A stretch of 64,000 nt of DNA from an uncultured bacterium (GTDB taxonomy: Bacteria; Acidobacteriota; HRBIN11; JAKEFK01): NCBI GenBank assembly GCA_963777505.1, contig CAVZQN010000006.1, forward strand, positions 320,001 to 384,000, given 5' to 3'. Both the position numbers and the translations under genes were made by a program. Each line of letters starts with the position of its first letter. Positions within the stretch are counted from its first letter, which is position 1. The notes below the pieces were generated by a model, which did no database searches, was not told the origin of the DNA, and saw only the letters and a program-made list of their open reading frames with translations. This document shows, in pieces, positions 20,826 through 31,805 of the stretch.

Positions 20826-23384
20826 CTATCTCGCCAGGATAACCTGCCAACTACCTTCCTGGCCTGTAGATCGAACTACAAAGGTGCCTTTCAGACTCTT
20901 TCCTTCCAGTTTTCCAACAAAGTCTAATGAGCGTCCATCCTTTTCAGTAAAAGAAAATTCGACGGGAAAAGATGAAGTTTTGCGATATTGTCCAAACAGT
21001 GAAAAAGTCCCCAGCGGCTTAAAGGCTTCATTCTGAAAACTGCCACTCGTACTTCCAACCACAATCTTCCATGTAATCGTTGCACGGCCAGAGATTCCGT
21101 CACCGCGTTGTTTTAAATTGAGTTCTAACTGCAGCGTTGGATCGCTGATATTTGTATACAGTTTGTTGTCCATAGCTCCAATCCACGAGCCATCAACGTT
21201 AGAAACTTTAGCAGGCAATGTAAGACTCAGTGAAAGCAGTTTTGCTTTTTGATCGGATGGAAGCGTTTCCAGAAAATCTTTGTTGTAATACCGTTCACCA
21301 CTCTCATTTCCAACGGCATAAAAATTCACAACTTGCTGAAAGATGCTTCCACCTGCCGAAATAATTCCTGTTCCTTCGGGATCTTTTGCCTGAACAAACG
21401 TCTTGTAATAAGCGCCTAGCAGCATTCGCCACCATTCAGCCAATTCATCTAGAGAAACAACTCTGGAATTCAATCTGCTGTACGGAAGCGCATCGTCAGG
21501 CAGAATTCTTAAAAGCGACAGCCGTGTGCCTTCGACTGCGCCATCTGCAAAAATGGAGTATGCGCCTTCTTCTCTTGTGAATGCGATTTTTGCATCGGGA
21601 TTTGATAGGAAATACTGAACACCATCGTTCAAGCTCTTCGCTACTTTTTCCGCGCGTTCGCGGCTACTTCCTGAATCATCTTTTGCAACCATAATCAAAA
21701 GCGGACCTAAATTCGTTTCGATTGAATACTCATTGAATCCCAAACTTTTTGAATATGGTTTTGCAACAAATCCCAGCTTGAAGACTTCCAGCGGTTTGGC
21801 AGCTTCTGGCAAAATAAGGAAGTCGATCGAATTTTTAGCTTGAAGATTATTAATACGGACAGTAACAGGGACTTTCATTCCATTTTCAGGTACTTTTTCT
21901 CCAGGTCTTGGCACCGTAACAACGAGTTCTTTTCCAGTACCGCCGGTGCCCGCAAGATCTGAACCAAAGAAGACTGTAGTCGGTTGTCCAGGCATATTCG
22001 TTTGAATCCGGACTTGTGTCCCAACGCCTCCGGAAAGCGGATTGATATTTTGAATTCGTGGCGCAATTAAAACTGTAAATGGGATTCGAGTCAGTGCTTT
22101 TTCTTCCTCCATCACAACAAATTCAGTTTTCGTTTCCGGCGCAGAAAGTTCAGGGAAATCGGGAAGTTTAATTTCAAGGCCTTCTGAATCGCGTTTCAAA
22201 ACGTAAGCCTCTTTTTCAAGAATTTTGACAGCTGTTACATCTTCAGGTTCGAAATCACCAGCAATTCGGATTAAGTCTCCCGTGCTGCCTCTTTCAGGCT
22301 TTACAGAATCGATGATTGTCGTGCTTTTGCCTAGAATGAAAAAGACTGCAATACCGATTGCTGATAGCGCTAAAACTATGATTCCAATTAATCCCAGTGG
22401 AGATGAAAGAATGCGTTTTACTGATTTTTCTTGCGGCGGGAGTTCAATACTTTCATCAGCAATCAAAGGCACTTCAGCGGCATCTTCAGCAACACCGTCT
22501 TCAGCCGCTGATTTTTCACCTTCAGCTTCGCCTTCCGCTGCTTCTACTCCCTCTTCAGCCGCAATTTTCTCACCCTCTCTAGCGGCCGCATCCGTTACTT
22601 CTTTGGATTGCAAAACTCCAGGAGTGCTATCTGTCATTTGCATTTCTTCCAGTTTGGATAACAGGGCTTCCGCAGGATTACTAAAAACTACTATCACAGG
22701 AGCCGAACTGGATTGTTGCCCAAGCCGGATTTCATCTCTATCACGCAGCCTTTGACTTCCTGAGATCCGCTGATCATTTACAAAAGTGCCATTTGCACTA
22801 TTCAAATCTTTGATAAAAGCACCAGACCATGAAAGTGAAATTTCGGCATGACGGCGCGAAACGCTGGGATGATCAATCACAACTTCAACCCCCGCAGTTC
22901 GTCCCGCTACCAGAATCGTACCTTCACTGAGTTCGAACTGTTTTCCGGCATCGGGACCCCCCATCATGATGACTCGCGGCTTATCCGATGCGGTGGCTTG
23001 CCACGAACCAAGAACTTCCATGACCATCTGGCGAGCCACCTGCACAGTAGCGCCAGACTCGACATTCATTACGTTGATCCCGGTCGAAAAATAAAGTTCG
23101 AAAGTCTGAATTTTTATCATGTCGCTGTCACTTAACAGCTTTTTTTCGCCTGGGACGAGTCGCTGATCATTTAAGTAAGAGCCATTGATTGAACCCCGAT
23201 CGACAAGATAGTAATTGTCTCCGTCTTTGACGATTTGTGCGTGATATCCGGAGACCGTAGAAGAGGGGAGTTGTATATCGTTTTCTTTTAGCCTGCCAAT
23301 TGTAACGACAGGCTGTTCAAATTCGTAGCTATAATCTTTGGTCCCGCCCTCGGTGAGCTGAGCCTTAACGACCAGTTTGATCAT
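20826..23384 (-). CDS. Tandem-FHA, single-TM protein with extracytoplasmic IPT/TIG-like domains
   Basis: Two FHA domains (IGRL..ND..VSGYHA..DRGSINGS; GR...VSRRHA..DLNSANGT); TM LGLIGIIVLALSAIGIAVFFIL; IDSVKPERG and IQNINPLSG repeats. ATG 23384 chosen as start. Confidence 0.8.
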   Translation of the reverse strand: MIKLVVKAQLTEGGTKDYSYEFEQPVVTIGRLKENDIQLPSSTVSGYHAQIVKDGDNYYLVDRGSINGSYLNDQRLVPGEKKLLSDSDMIKIQTFELYFSTGINVMNVESGATVQVARQMVMEVLGSWQATASDKPRVIMMGGPDAGKQFELSEGTILVAGRTAGVEVVIDHPSVSRRHAEISLSWSGAFIKDLNSANGTFVNDQRISGSQRLRDRDEIRLGQQSSSAPVIVVFSNPAEALLSKLEEMQMTDSTPGVLQSKEVTDAAAREGEKIAAEEGVEAAEGEAEGEKSAAEDGVAEDAAEVPLIADESIELPPQEKSVKRILSSPLGLIGIIVLALSAIGIAVFFILGKSTTIIDSVKPERGSTGDLIRIAGDFEPEDVTAVKILEKEAYVLKRDSEGLEIKLPDFPELSAPETKTEFVVMEEEKALTRIPFTVLIAPRIQNINPLSGGVGTQVRIQTNMPGQPTTVFFGSDLAGTGGTGKELVVTVPRPGEKVPENGMKVPVTVRINNLQAKNSIDFLILPEAAKPLEVFKLGFVAKPYSKSLGFNEYSIETNLGPLLIMVAKDDSGSSRERAEKVAKSLNDGVQYFLSNPDAKIAFTREEGAYSIFADGAVEGTRLSLLRILPDDALPYSRLNSRVVSLDELAEWWRMLLGAYYKTFVQAKDPEGTGIISAGGSIFQQVVNFYAVGNESGERYYNKDFLETLPSDQKAKLLSLSLTLPAKVSNVDGSWIGAMDNKLYTNISDPTLQLELNLKQRGDGISGRATITWKIVVGSTSGSFQNEAFKPLGTFSLFGQYRKTSSFPVEFSFTEKDGRSLDFVGKLEGKSLKGTFVVRSTGQEGSWQVILAR

Positions 23385-23450
23385 ACGGGTTTCAGAAAAA
23401 AGCATAGCACAAAGATGGCGAAGGTGATGCGAGATACGTGAAACGGGTTT

Positions 23451-23549
23451 GTAGTAAGGCACGCAGGCTTATCAGCGAAGCGGATGAGGCAATGCCGTTC
23501 AGATCAATACGGCACTGCCCTGCATTTGCTCGGCTGCGTGCCTAACTAC
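23451..23549. repeat. GTAG-type REP-like inverted-repeat element
   Basis: gtagtaaggcacgcag ... ctgcgtgcctaactac outer arms; inner ggcaatgccgt ... acggcactgcc. Confidence 0.7.
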
Positions 23550-23559
23550 GAACGGCAGA

Positions 23560-24135
23560 CTACTTGAGTTCCAGCTCCAGTAGTTGGCAAAGGAGGTGGA
23601 TAATCATCGAATGAACCTCCTGAATGCGAGGGGTCGAAGAATCCGGAACAACCAGCGCAATATCACACAGCAACAAAGCGCGGCCGCCATTTCTCCCCAG
23701 AATTCCTGCAGTCCGGCATTGCTTATCGCGGGCAATCTTGAGTCCTTTGACAATATTGGTGGAATTGCCGCTTGTGGTGATAGCAATTGCCAGATCTCCG
23801 GGATCAGCGAGTGTTTCAATTTGTTTGGCAAACACAGAATCGAATCCTTCATCATTGCCGATTGCCGTGATGAGAGACGAATCCGTATGGAGTGCAAGAG
23901 CGCGAATGCCCAGAGGGATCTCTTCAACACGGTGCATTAACTCTGCGGCAAAGTGTTGCGCGTCTGCCGCAGACCCTCCATTTCCAAAAATCAAGATTTT
24001 TCGTTTCTGCTTCGAAACTTCGCTTAACAATTTGTAAAGCTGAACAATTTTTTCAGAGTTCTTGAAAAAGAAGTCATGCTTCAATTCAAGTGATTTCTTT
24101 ACAACTTCACGAATGAAATTTTCAGGTTCGATCAT
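23560..24135 (-). CDS. gmhA: Phosphoheptose isomerase (SIS domain)
   Basis: FGNGGSAADAQHFAAEL, TAIGND, TTSGNS.N, PRIQEVH. Confidence 0.92.
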   Translation of the reverse strand: MIEPENFIREVVKKSLELKHDFFFKNSEKIVQLYKLLSEVSKQKRKILIFGNGGSAADAQHFAAELMHRVEEIPLGIRALALHTDSSLITAIGNDEGFDSVFAKQIETLADPGDLAIAITTSGNSTNIVKGLKIARDKQCRTAGILGRNGGRALLLCDIALVVPDSSTPRIQEVHSMIIHLLCQLLELELK

Positions 24136-25166
24136 AGGATTAGCATCGCATCGCCATAGCTGTAAAATCTAAAACCTTCGCGGATTGCATGCTCATAGGA
24201 CTTTTGGATTGAACTATAGCCTGCGAAAGCGGAGACAAGCATCAGCAAAGATGATTTTGGCAAATGAAAGTTTGTAATGAGTCCGCTGGTAATTTGAAAA
24301 TCAAATCCCGGATAAATAAAAAGCCCGGTAGCGCCATGAAGTTCATTGGTTGAAACAATCGTCTCAAGCGCTCGAGTCGTTGTGGTTCCAACAGCGATCA
24401 CTCGTTTTGCCTTTCGAATTTTGTTCCAGGTCTGCTGTGAACATGAATAATACTCAGCCTGAATTGTATGTTTACGAATGTCATCGCTTTTTACGGGACG
24501 GAACGTTCCGGGGCCTACATGAAGTGTAAGCTTAACTATTTCCACTCCACGCTGCCTGAGCTCTCCCAATACTTTTTGCGTGAAATGTAAACCGGCAGTG
24601 GGTGCTGCAATGGAACCTGACATCCGTGCATACACTGTTTGATACCGATTGCGATCCAGAGCATCTGCCATCCTTCCGATGTAAGGTGGAAGCGGCATAG
24701 ACCCATGTTTTCGAATTAGATTTTCGATCTTTCCGGGAAAACGCAAGATGCGCCCTGTAGTTGATAATGAAAGTACATTCGCTATTGTGCCGTCTTCAAA
24801 TTGAATCTGATCGCCTGGACGAAATTTTTTTCCAGGATAAACGATCGCATCCCAGCAATTTAAATCAGTTTCATGGATCAGTAAGACTTCCCCGCGATCC
24901 GATTGAAGTCGTGCAGGGATGACCCGCGTATTGTTCAATACAATAAGATCCCCTTTTTGCAGGAATTTGGGAAGATCAAAAAAATTACTGTTGGAAAGAT
25001 TTCCAGAATCTCGATTCAGCACCAGAAGGCGTGAATGATCCCTCGGCGTAACAGGATATTGTGCGATCTGGTCTGTGGGAAGATCGTAATTATAACTTTC
25101 GAGCCGAAATAGATCCGCATTCTTTTTCAATCTTGAAGTGTATTGATTCCCGGCACTCGTTTTCAT
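24132..25166 (-). CDS. queA: SAM:tRNA ribosyltransferase-isomerase
   Basis: [54 protein letters not shown]. Confidence 0.97.
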   Translation of the reverse strand: MKTSAGNQYTSRLKKNADLFRLESYNYDLPTDQIAQYPVTPRDHSRLLVLNRDSGNLSNSNFFDLPKFLQKGDLIVLNNTRVIPARLQSDRGEVLLIHETDLNCWDAIVYPGKKFRPGDQIQFEDGTIANVLSLSTTGRILRFPGKIENLIRKHGSMPLPPYIGRMADALDRNRYQTVYARMSGSIAAPTAGLHFTQKVLGELRQRGVEIVKLTLHVGPGTFRPVKSDDIRKHTIQAEYYSCSQQTWNKIRKAKRVIAVGTTTTRALETIVSTNELHGATGLFIYPGFDFQITSGLITNFHLPKSSLLMLVSAFAGYSSIQKSYEHAIREGFRFYSYGDAMLIL

Positions 25167-26200
25167 TTCTCAAACAGGCTTTGCTGATAAATCGACTTGC
25201 CGGGCGTTAATCCGAAATGTTTATATGCGTTCACAGTTGCCATGCGGCCTTGCGGTGTACGATTTAAGAAACCGATCTGCATTAAGTAAGGTTCGTAAAT
25301 ATCTTCAAGTGTCGATTTTTCTTCAGATGTTGCAGCTGCAAGCGCACCAACACCTACAGGACCACCATTAAATTTTTCGATAATTGTCAGCAGAAGTTTG
25401 CGGTCGATTTCATCCAATCCCAGCTCATCCACTTCCAGCATTTCTAAAGCCTTCATCGCGACATCATAAGTAATAACGCCATCTCCTTCTACCTGCGCGA
25501 AATCACGCACACGTCTGAGAAGTCGATTTGCGATCCGGGGAGTTCTGCGGGAACGCATCGCAATCTCGCGGATCCCATCTTCTTCAATCGGGATATTCAG
25601 GATTCGCGCGGAGCGAGTAAGAATCTTGTAAATATCTTCCACGCTGTAATAATCAAGCGTATGCCTGATCAGGAAACGGTCACGTAAAGGTTTTGTTAAT
25701 GAACCTGCGCTTGTTGTTGCTCCAACTAATGTGAATGGTGGCAGATTAATTCGCAATGTTCGCGCTGCCGGCCCCTGCCCGATAATTATATCCAGCTTGT
25801 AATCTTCCATTGCCGGGTAAAGCACTTCTTCGATTGCAGAGTTCAATCTGTGTATTTCATCAATGAATAGAACTTCTTTTTCTTGAAGATTTGTTAAAAG
25901 TGCGACAAGATCGCCCGCTCTAAGAATCACGGGCCCCGAGGTTGTCTTTAAACTAACCCCCATTTCTTGCGCGACGATATTTGCAAGAGTAGTTTTTCCC
26001 ATTCCGGGTGGGCCCATCAAAAGAATATGATCAAGAGCATCATTTCTTTGTTTCGCAGCTTGAATTGCTACCTGGAGATTTTTTCTGACTTTTTCCTGTC
26101 CAACATACTCTGAAAAAGTCTTCGGACGAAGATGTAGTTCTTCTTTTAATTCTTCACCGCTGGGCGCGGTAAAAACAATCCTTTCCGCTTTATCGTTCAT
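25163..26200 (-). CDS. ruvB: Holliday junction helicase RuvB
   Basis: [51 protein letters not shown]. Confidence 0.98.
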   Translation of the reverse strand: MNDKAERIVFTAPSGEELKEELHLRPKTFSEYVGQEKVRKNLQVAIQAAKQRNDALDHILLMGPPGMGKTTLANIVAQEMGVSLKTTSGPVILRAGDLVALLTNLQEKEVLFIDEIHRLNSAIEEVLYPAMEDYKLDIIIGQGPAARTLRINLPPFTLVGATTSAGSLTKPLRDRFLIRHTLDYYSVEDIYKILTRSARILNIPIEEDGIREIAMRSRRTPRIANRLLRRVRDFAQVEGDGVITYDVAMKALEMLEVDELGLDEIDRKLLLTIIEKFNGGPVGVGALAAATSEEKSTLEDIYEPYLMQIGFLNRTPQGRMATVNAYKHFGLTPGKSIYQQSLFEK

Positions 26201-26264
26201 TTATCTGGCAGGCAGAGCCGCCCGCCCTCCTAATTTAACCGCAAAATTTATCATTCGCGCAAAA

Positions 26265-26855
26265 CTACCCCGAAATATTTTGGAGTGCGCTTCGCAGTAA
26301 ATCTTCAAATGAAGCATCGCTTTTCGATTTATCCAGAACATTTTTCGCAATACGCTCTGCAAGATTTCTCTGATAGCCAAGATTCACAAGGGCGCTTATC
26401 AAATCTTCACGCATCGGTTTTTCTTCATGCACATGCGCCACTTCTGACAAAAGCTTCGGAATCTGCTCCCGCAGTTCTAATGCAACACGCTCGGCAGTCT
26501 TTCTGCCCACACCTGGAATTGTTGAGAGTTTAATAATGTCCTGTCTCTGGATTGCAGGAATCAATTCATCCGCAGACATACCTGATAGAAATGAGATTGC
26601 AACTTTAGGTCCGATTCCACTGACGCTGAGCAATTTTTCAAACAGAACTTTCTCGCGTGTTGTGCGAAAACCATATAGCGCCAGCATATCTTCACGCACA
26701 TGCGTATGAATAAAAAGTGAAAGCGTTGATCCCTCATCGGGAAGTTCAAGGAAAGTTGAGACCGGAATATTGACAAGATAGCCTGTTCCATTTACATCCA
26801 GAATCAAGGAATTGGGCTTTTTTTCAAATAGATTTCCTTTGAGATAGCCGATCAT
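26265..26855 (-). CDS. ruvA: Holliday junction branch migration protein RuvA
   Basis: MIGYLKG, VRED..LYGF, VSGIGPK, PGVGRKTAER, ALVNLGY. Confidence 0.97.
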   Translation of the reverse strand: MIGYLKGNLFEKKPNSLILDVNGTGYLVNIPVSTFLELPDEGSTLSLFIHTHVREDMLALYGFRTTREKVLFEKLLSVSGIGPKVAISFLSGMSADELIPAIQRQDIIKLSTIPGVGRKTAERVALELREQIPKLLSEVAHVHEEKPMREDLISALVNLGYQRNLAERIAKNVLDKSKSDASFEDLLRSALQNISG

Positions 26856-26856
26856 T

Positions 26857-27354
26857 TCATGCTCGTCCCAATGCCTGATTGAACGTAATCAAATGCGCAT
26901 GGGTAATCGCCAGACCAAGTGCATCCGTCACATCATAAGCTGCATCATCTCCGAAATTTACTTTGATGATCGTTTCAACCATTCTTTTAACCTGTGCTTT
27001 TTCAGCATGGCCATAACCTGTCACAGCATTTTTCACTTGTAACGCCGTATATTCATGTACTTCGCAGTTGTGAACCGATAGACTCAGCAGAATCACTCCA
27101 CGAGTTTGTCCAAGTTGAAGCGCGGAGCGTACATTGCGAGCATAAAAAATTTCTTCGACAGCTGCAAATTGTGGATTGAAGGAGCTGCAAATTTCGCAGA
27201 TTGCTTCGTAAAGAAGCTTCAGGCGTGTAGTAAACGGTTTGTTGGATAATTTGATGCAGCCAGCTTCTATTAATTGAAGTTGCTGACCATCGCTGTCAAT
27301 GATCCCATACCCGGTTACCTTGCTACCAGGATCAATCCCGATTATTCGAACCAT
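26857..27354 (-). CDS. ruvC: Crossover junction endodeoxyribonuclease RuvC
   Basis: IGIDPG...TGYG, LGQTRG, VKNAVTGYG.A.K.QV, D..DAL..A. Confidence 0.97.
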   Translation of the reverse strand: MVRIIGIDPGSKVTGYGIIDSDGQQLQLIEAGCIKLSNKPFTTRLKLLYEAICEICSSFNPQFAAVEEIFYARNVRSALQLGQTRGVILLSLSVHNCEVHEYTALQVKNAVTGYGHAEKAQVKRMVETIIKVNFGDDAAYDVTDALGLAITHAHLITFNQALGRA

Positions 27355-27409
27355 CTCCGGTACTAGTATACCGCGTATCTCTGTCTCTTTGTGGTTAAAA
27401 AATTGGTGA

Positions 27410-28159
27410 TCAACCAGCTAGTTTGACAAGTTCGTCTTCTTCGATATCAAAATTTGCCCAGACATGCTGAACGTCATCATGATCTTCAAGAGCTTCAACA
27501 AGTCTAAGCACCTGTTGTGCCTCTTTACCCGTAATCTTGATCCAGGTCTGAGGAATCATTGCCATTTCCGCTGAGATCGTGGGAATGTTGTTTTTTGAAA
27601 GTGCTTCAGTGACAGCCACAAAGTGATCGGTGGAAGTTAGAATTTCAAAATTGCCCGCATCTTCCTGAATGTCATCGGCACCAGCTTCAATCGCGATTTC
27701 CATCAATTTATCTTCATCGACTCCCGATTTGTCAACGACGATTGAACCTTTTTTTGTAAACATCCATGATACGGAGCCTGCTTCACCCATGTTTCCATTG
27801 TGGCGTGAAAAAACAAATCGCATATCAGAAACAGTACGATTCTTATTGTCGGTCAGCACTTCAACAAGGATTGCAATTCCACCTGGACCATATCCTTCGT
27901 AATTGATTTCTTCGTAATTAACGCCAGGCAATTCACCTGTTCCTTTTTGGATGGCTCGTTTCACATTATCGGCGGGCATGTTCGCCCCTTTTGCGGCCTG
28001 AATCGCTGCACGCAATCGCGGGTTGCCCGTTGGATCGCCACCGCCGATTTTGGCTGCTACTGTTATCTCTTTGATGATTTTAGTGAAGGCTTTTCCTCTT
28101 TTGGCATCAACAACAGCCTTAATGTGCTTCACCTTACTCCATTTTGAATGGCCTGACAT
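27410..28159 (-). CDS. yebC: YebC/PmpR family protein
   Basis: [33 protein letters not shown]; upstream of ruvC. Confidence 0.95.
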   Translation of the reverse strand: MSGHSKWSKVKHIKAVVDAKRGKAFTKIIKEITVAAKIGGGDPTGNPRLRAAIQAAKGANMPADNVKRAIQKGTGELPGVNYEEINYEGYGPGGIAILVEVLTDNKNRTVSDMRFVFSRHNGNMGEAGSVSWMFTKKGSIVVDKSGVDEDKLMEIAIEAGADDIQEDAGNFEILTSTDHFVAVTEALSKNNIPTISAEMAMIPQTWIKITGKEAQQVLRLVEALEDHDDVQHVWANFDIEEDELVKLAG

Positions 28160-28421
28160 ACATGAACTCCTAATTCATAATTGGGTGTTGGGAAGATGAA
28201 AAAAATCCTGGATTTCCCGGCAATACATGACACCCGGCAATTCAGCACGTGGACGCGGACTTGTCGCCGCAAAATTCGTGCGGATACTCTAATCCTAGCA
28301 CAGAGATACCCCTCAATCCAAAGACGGTTTTGGCTATTTGGACTTTGAGGTTGGTTTGAGCTATATTGACGGTGCGGAGCTCATCTTCGCAACATACTCA
28401 TGCGAAATTGTAGGAGTTAGC

Positions 28422-28622
28422 GTGGCGGTAAGTCAGGAATTACTGGACATCTTAGCCTGTCCCGTCTGTATTCGGAGCGTTCATTTAACTTCCGATCAAA
28501 AGGGCTTGAAGTGCGAGCAATGTAGCCGTGTCTATCCAATTGTGGACGACATACCTGTAATGTTGATTGAAGAAGCAACAATCCAACAAGAGCCCGATAC
28601 AAATAAACCAGCTTCCAAATAA
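28422..28622 (+). CDS. Trm112 family protein
   Basis: GTG after AGGAG; LLDILACPVC...LKC..C...YPIVDDIPVML. Confidence 0.88.
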   Translation: MAVSQELLDILACPVCIRSVHLTSDQKGLKCEQCSRVYPIVDDIPVMLIEEATIQQEPDTNKPASK

Positions 28623-28680
28623 CTAATCGTCGTACTTTCCGCAATAACCGCGGTACAACTAACGGATTGTCGATTCCAGC

Positions 28681-29949
28681 ATGCTTGCTTTCCTGAAAGA
28701 AAGCTTAAAGTCCAGAATCCGCAGCGAACGGCTGCTATGGATTCTCCTTTTGCTTTTTGTATTTTCAATATCCTTCTCTATTGCAGCTTCTCACATTCTC
28801 TTAGCTGCTTCAGCAGCAGTTTACTTCTATTGGAAATTGCGCCATAACTGGAAATTACCCAATCTTCCCATCCTGGTTCCTGCGCTGGTATTTGCCTACT
28901 GCACTTTGCTTTCAGCAGCATTCTCGATTCATCCCTTGGAGAGCTTAAGAAATTCAAAAGATCTCGCAATGTTCATTATTCTTCCGATTTTTTTTGATAT
29001 GGTGCGAAATCTAGATGACATCAAAGTTATTTATGGCATTTTAATTTTTGCAGGTGTAATTTCAGCCGCATACGGTTTATATCAATTTTTTTATCCAGAA
29101 ACATTTTTAATTCAAAGCAGGCTTCGAGGGTTCATGGGACATTGGATGACCTTTTCAGGTCTCTTGATGATCCTGAATGTTCTATTACTCTCCCATTTAT
29201 TATTTGCTAAGCATCATCCGCGGTGGTTCTATCCGGCTTTTGCTTTATTTTCGCTAACGTTGCTTTTCTCTTTAACACGAAATGCCTGGCTCGGATTTCT
29301 TGCTGCATCCATCGTATTAATTGCTATGCGAAAAGTCCGATGGATCATCGCAGTTCCTGTAGGTGTCGTTGTAGTCTTTGTGGCTTCAGTGCTGATTTTT
29401 CCCAACACGGTTGCCAATCGGATGGCGAGTCTTTTTAATACGTATGAGACATCAAACCGCGATCGTATATTGATGGTAAAAAGCGGATGGGAAATCATCA
29501 AAGATTATCCATTAACAGGAGTGGGCTCGGGAATGATCGAACAGGTTTACCCTCGATATCGAGCATCTGATAGCAAGTTTCGAAATCATCAGCATCTTCA
29601 CAATAATTTAGTTCAACTCGCAGCTGAAAATGGCATTCTTACACTCGCAGCCTGGTTGTGGTTAATATCGCGCGTCTTATTTGACTTGATTCATTGGAAA
29701 AGAAAAGTGATGAATCCGGAAGAACAGTTTATGATTCATGGAACAATTGGAATCGTAATTTCACTTTTCGTAGCTGGAATGTTTGAATACAATTTTGGTG
29801 ATTCAGAAATCAAGATGTTATTTCTAACCTTGATAACCTTGCCATATGCATGGCATACGCATGCAGTGCTTCTCAATGGAAGATCCCGTCAGGAAGAACC
29901 AGTGCATGTTCCGGATGCGGCTCCTGCTGCTGCAACAGCAGCCGGTTAA
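28681..29949 (+). CDS. O-antigen ligase family (WaaL/Wzy_C) protein
   Basis: Multipass; TRNAWLG, SNRDR, PLTGVG.G, HLHNN..Q...E.G. Confidence 0.85.
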   Translation: MLAFLKESLKSRIRSERLLWILLLLFVFSISFSIAASHILLAASAAVYFYWKLRHNWKLPNLPILVPALVFAYCTLLSAAFSIHPLESLRNSKDLAMFIILPIFFDMVRNLDDIKVIYGILIFAGVISAAYGLYQFFYPETFLIQSRLRGFMGHWMTFSGLLMILNVLLLSHLLFAKHHPRWFYPAFALFSLTLLFSLTRNAWLGFLAASIVLIAMRKVRWIIAVPVGVVVVFVASVLIFPNTVANRMASLFNTYETSNRDRILMVKSGWEIIKDYPLTGVGSGMIEQVYPRYRASDSKFRNHQHLHNNLVQLAAENGILTLAAWLWLISRVLFDLIHWKRKVMNPEEQFMIHGTIGIVISLFVAGMFEYNFGDSEIKMLFLTLITLPYAWHTHAVLLNGRSRQEEPVHVPDAAPAAATAAG

Positions 29950-29951
29950 AC

Positions 29952-30920
29952 ATGAATCAGGCATCTGTTCGTGAACTAATTTCGCGCTTCAACTCACTTC
30001 GAATTCTTGTGCTCGGCGATTTTATGCTTGATCACTATGTGATGGGGCGTGTGGATCGCATTTCACCTGAAGCCCCTGTTCCTGTTGTAGACGTTGAAGG
30101 GGAAACGTTCAGGCTTGGTGGTGCCGGAAATGTTGTCATGAATGCGCTTGGATTAGGAGCTCAACCAATTCCTCTTGGTGTTATTGGAAATGATTGGCCG
30201 GGCGTCAGCATTCGTGAACTGCTTGCCAAGCAGAATATTTCATCGGAGGGTTTGATCGAATCATCACGTCCGACAACACTAAAGACCAGAATTCTTGCTC
30301 ATCAACAACAAGTTGTTCGTGTCGATCGCGAACAAAGAATTCCCATTGATGCAGCTCTTGAAGATCAGATTGCTGAACAATTTATTAAAAAACTAGAGGA
30401 TGTTGATGCAGTTATCATTTCGGATTATTCGAAAGGAACTTTAACGCCTTCTCTGCTATCGCGAATTCTTCCGGCCGCAAGATCTAAAAACAAGTTGCTT
30501 TGTCTCGATCCGAAGGTCCGGCATTTTTCATCCTATACGCCTGTCACTGTCATCACACCGAATCAGGCTGAGGCCAGCAGTGTTCTGGGTTATCCCATTC
30601 TCAACGAGGACGATCTGAATGCTGCTGCAAAACGCATCATGGAAATGATCGATTGCAAAGCCCTGCTCATTACTCGTGGCGACAAAGGGATGTCCCTTTT
30701 TGCTGATGGCAAGCTCACACATGTCACGGCAAAAGCACGTGAAGTTTATGATGTAACAGGAGCAGGAGACACCGTTGTAACTTCACTCTGTTTAGCTCTC
30801 GCAGCAGGAGCGAGCGTTTTGTCAGCGGTTGAAATCGCGAATGCTGCGGCAGGCGTTGTCGTTGGTAAAATCGGGACCGCTTCTGCAAGCCCTGCCGAAC
30901 TGCTCGACTGTTTTGAGTAG
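29952..30920 (+). CDS. rfaE1: D-glycero-beta-D-manno-heptose-7-phosphate kinase
   Basis: GDFMLDHY, RISPEAPVPV, GGAGNV, ISDYSKG, TPNQ.E, DVTGAGDTV. Confidence 0.93.
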   Translation: MNQASVRELISRFNSLRILVLGDFMLDHYVMGRVDRISPEAPVPVVDVEGETFRLGGAGNVVMNALGLGAQPIPLGVIGNDWPGVSIRELLAKQNISSEGLIESSRPTTLKTRILAHQQQVVRVDREQRIPIDAALEDQIAEQFIKKLEDVDAVIISDYSKGTLTPSLLSRILPAARSKNKLLCLDPKVRHFSSYTPVTVITPNQAEASSVLGYPILNEDDLNAAAKRIMEMIDCKALLITRGDKGMSLFADGKLTHVTAKAREVYDVTGAGDTVVTSLCLALAAGASVLSAVEIANAAAGVVVGKIGTASASPAELLDCFE

Positions 30921-30987
30921 GCGACCCTTCTGGTTGCCCATGTTGGTTAACAGACTTCGCCAGGCCGGCCACAAGAGCCGCCCCTAC
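30917..30987. repeat. GTAG-type REP doublet (REPIN-like)
   Basis: gtaggcgacccttctggttgccc ... ggccggccacaagagccgcccctac, inverted imperfect palindromes. Confidence 0.65.
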
Positions 30988-31028
30988 CTAAAGAACCCGG
31001 ATTTTGTAAATATCGTATATTAAGTTAG

Positions 31029-31805
31029 ATGCCAAATTTTCCATTCATCATCTACATCGTAGCAGTTGCGGTTATAAGGATTCTCTTTCGCTCTCTTTAC
31101 GGAAGTCGAAGATACCGCAAGTATGTGTTTGTGCGTTTCAGAGAATTACTTCAGGATTTGCACGCCCGATATGGCGGCTCGATCAATGGTTGGACAAACT
31201 GGTCAGAATACGTGCTTCCTGATGGCCTGCGTGTGCGTGCTACTTATCGAGGACGCCCGATTCTAAAAATATTTTTTCCTCATCAATTTCAATTCTCAGC
31301 GCACCTGTATCGGCTACCCCAATTCCTTTTCTCATGGATCGGGCCTATTCTGCCTGAATCGACACGCCTGGGTGAATTGCCCTACATCATCAACGGCAAT
31401 ATGGATCGGATGCAATCACCACAAATTCATGGAACCCTTGAAAGAATCAGTCGATCTGGTTACACAATCCACATCGGTTCGAATGGGGTCACTTTTACGA
31501 AAACTTTGAAACCTGAAGATGCGATGGAAATTCCTTTCGTAGAAACTTTGCGGACCATCCGTGAGTTTGCAAAGCTACTGGATGGCCGCATCTTTGATAT
31601 TCCAGTCAGTGAAATCAATTCTGAAAGCAAATGTGCTTATTGCAAAGAAGAAATGATACATCCTGGAGAAGTCACCCATTGCCTGCAATGCGGCACGCCT
31701 CATCACAGTGAGTGCTTTGATTTAAATGGACAATGTTCAGTATTTGGCTGCAACTCTAGCCGGCATGAAGAGAATCGTACGCGTACTGAACAATTAATTC
31801 AGTAA
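31029..31805 (+). CDS. Membrane-anchored protein with C-terminal prokaryotic RING-like zinc finger
   Basis: N-terminal TM; C-x2-C-x12-C-x2-C-x4-H-x2-C-x6-C-x4-C (CAYC...CLQCGTPHHSEC...CSVFGC). Confidence 0.72.
   Translation: MPNFPFIIYIVAVAVIRILFRSLYGSRRYRKYVFVRFRELLQDLHARYGGSINGWTNWSEYVLPDGLRVRATYRGRPILKIFFPHQFQFSAHLYRLPQFLFSWIGPILPESTRLGELPYIINGNMDRMQSPQIHGTLERISRSGYTIHIGSNGVTFTKTLKPEDAMEIPFVETLRTIREFAKLLDGRIFDIPVSEINSESKCAYCKEEMIHPGEVTHCLQCGTPHHSECFDLNGQCSVFGCNSSRHEENRTRTEQLIQ

Noticed and set aside
23385-23462. ORF-track N-terminal extensions (FHA protein; also purH, Trm112, rfaE1, cupin, sulfatase 2, protein B)
   Set aside because: Downstream starts fit RBS position or family N-termini better; the extensions run into repeats or neighbouring genes.
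28386-28406. TTCGCA-N9-TGCGAA as a second LexA box
   Set aside because: Inverted rather than direct geometry, and it sits just upstream of the Trm112 RBS; more likely a small hairpin.
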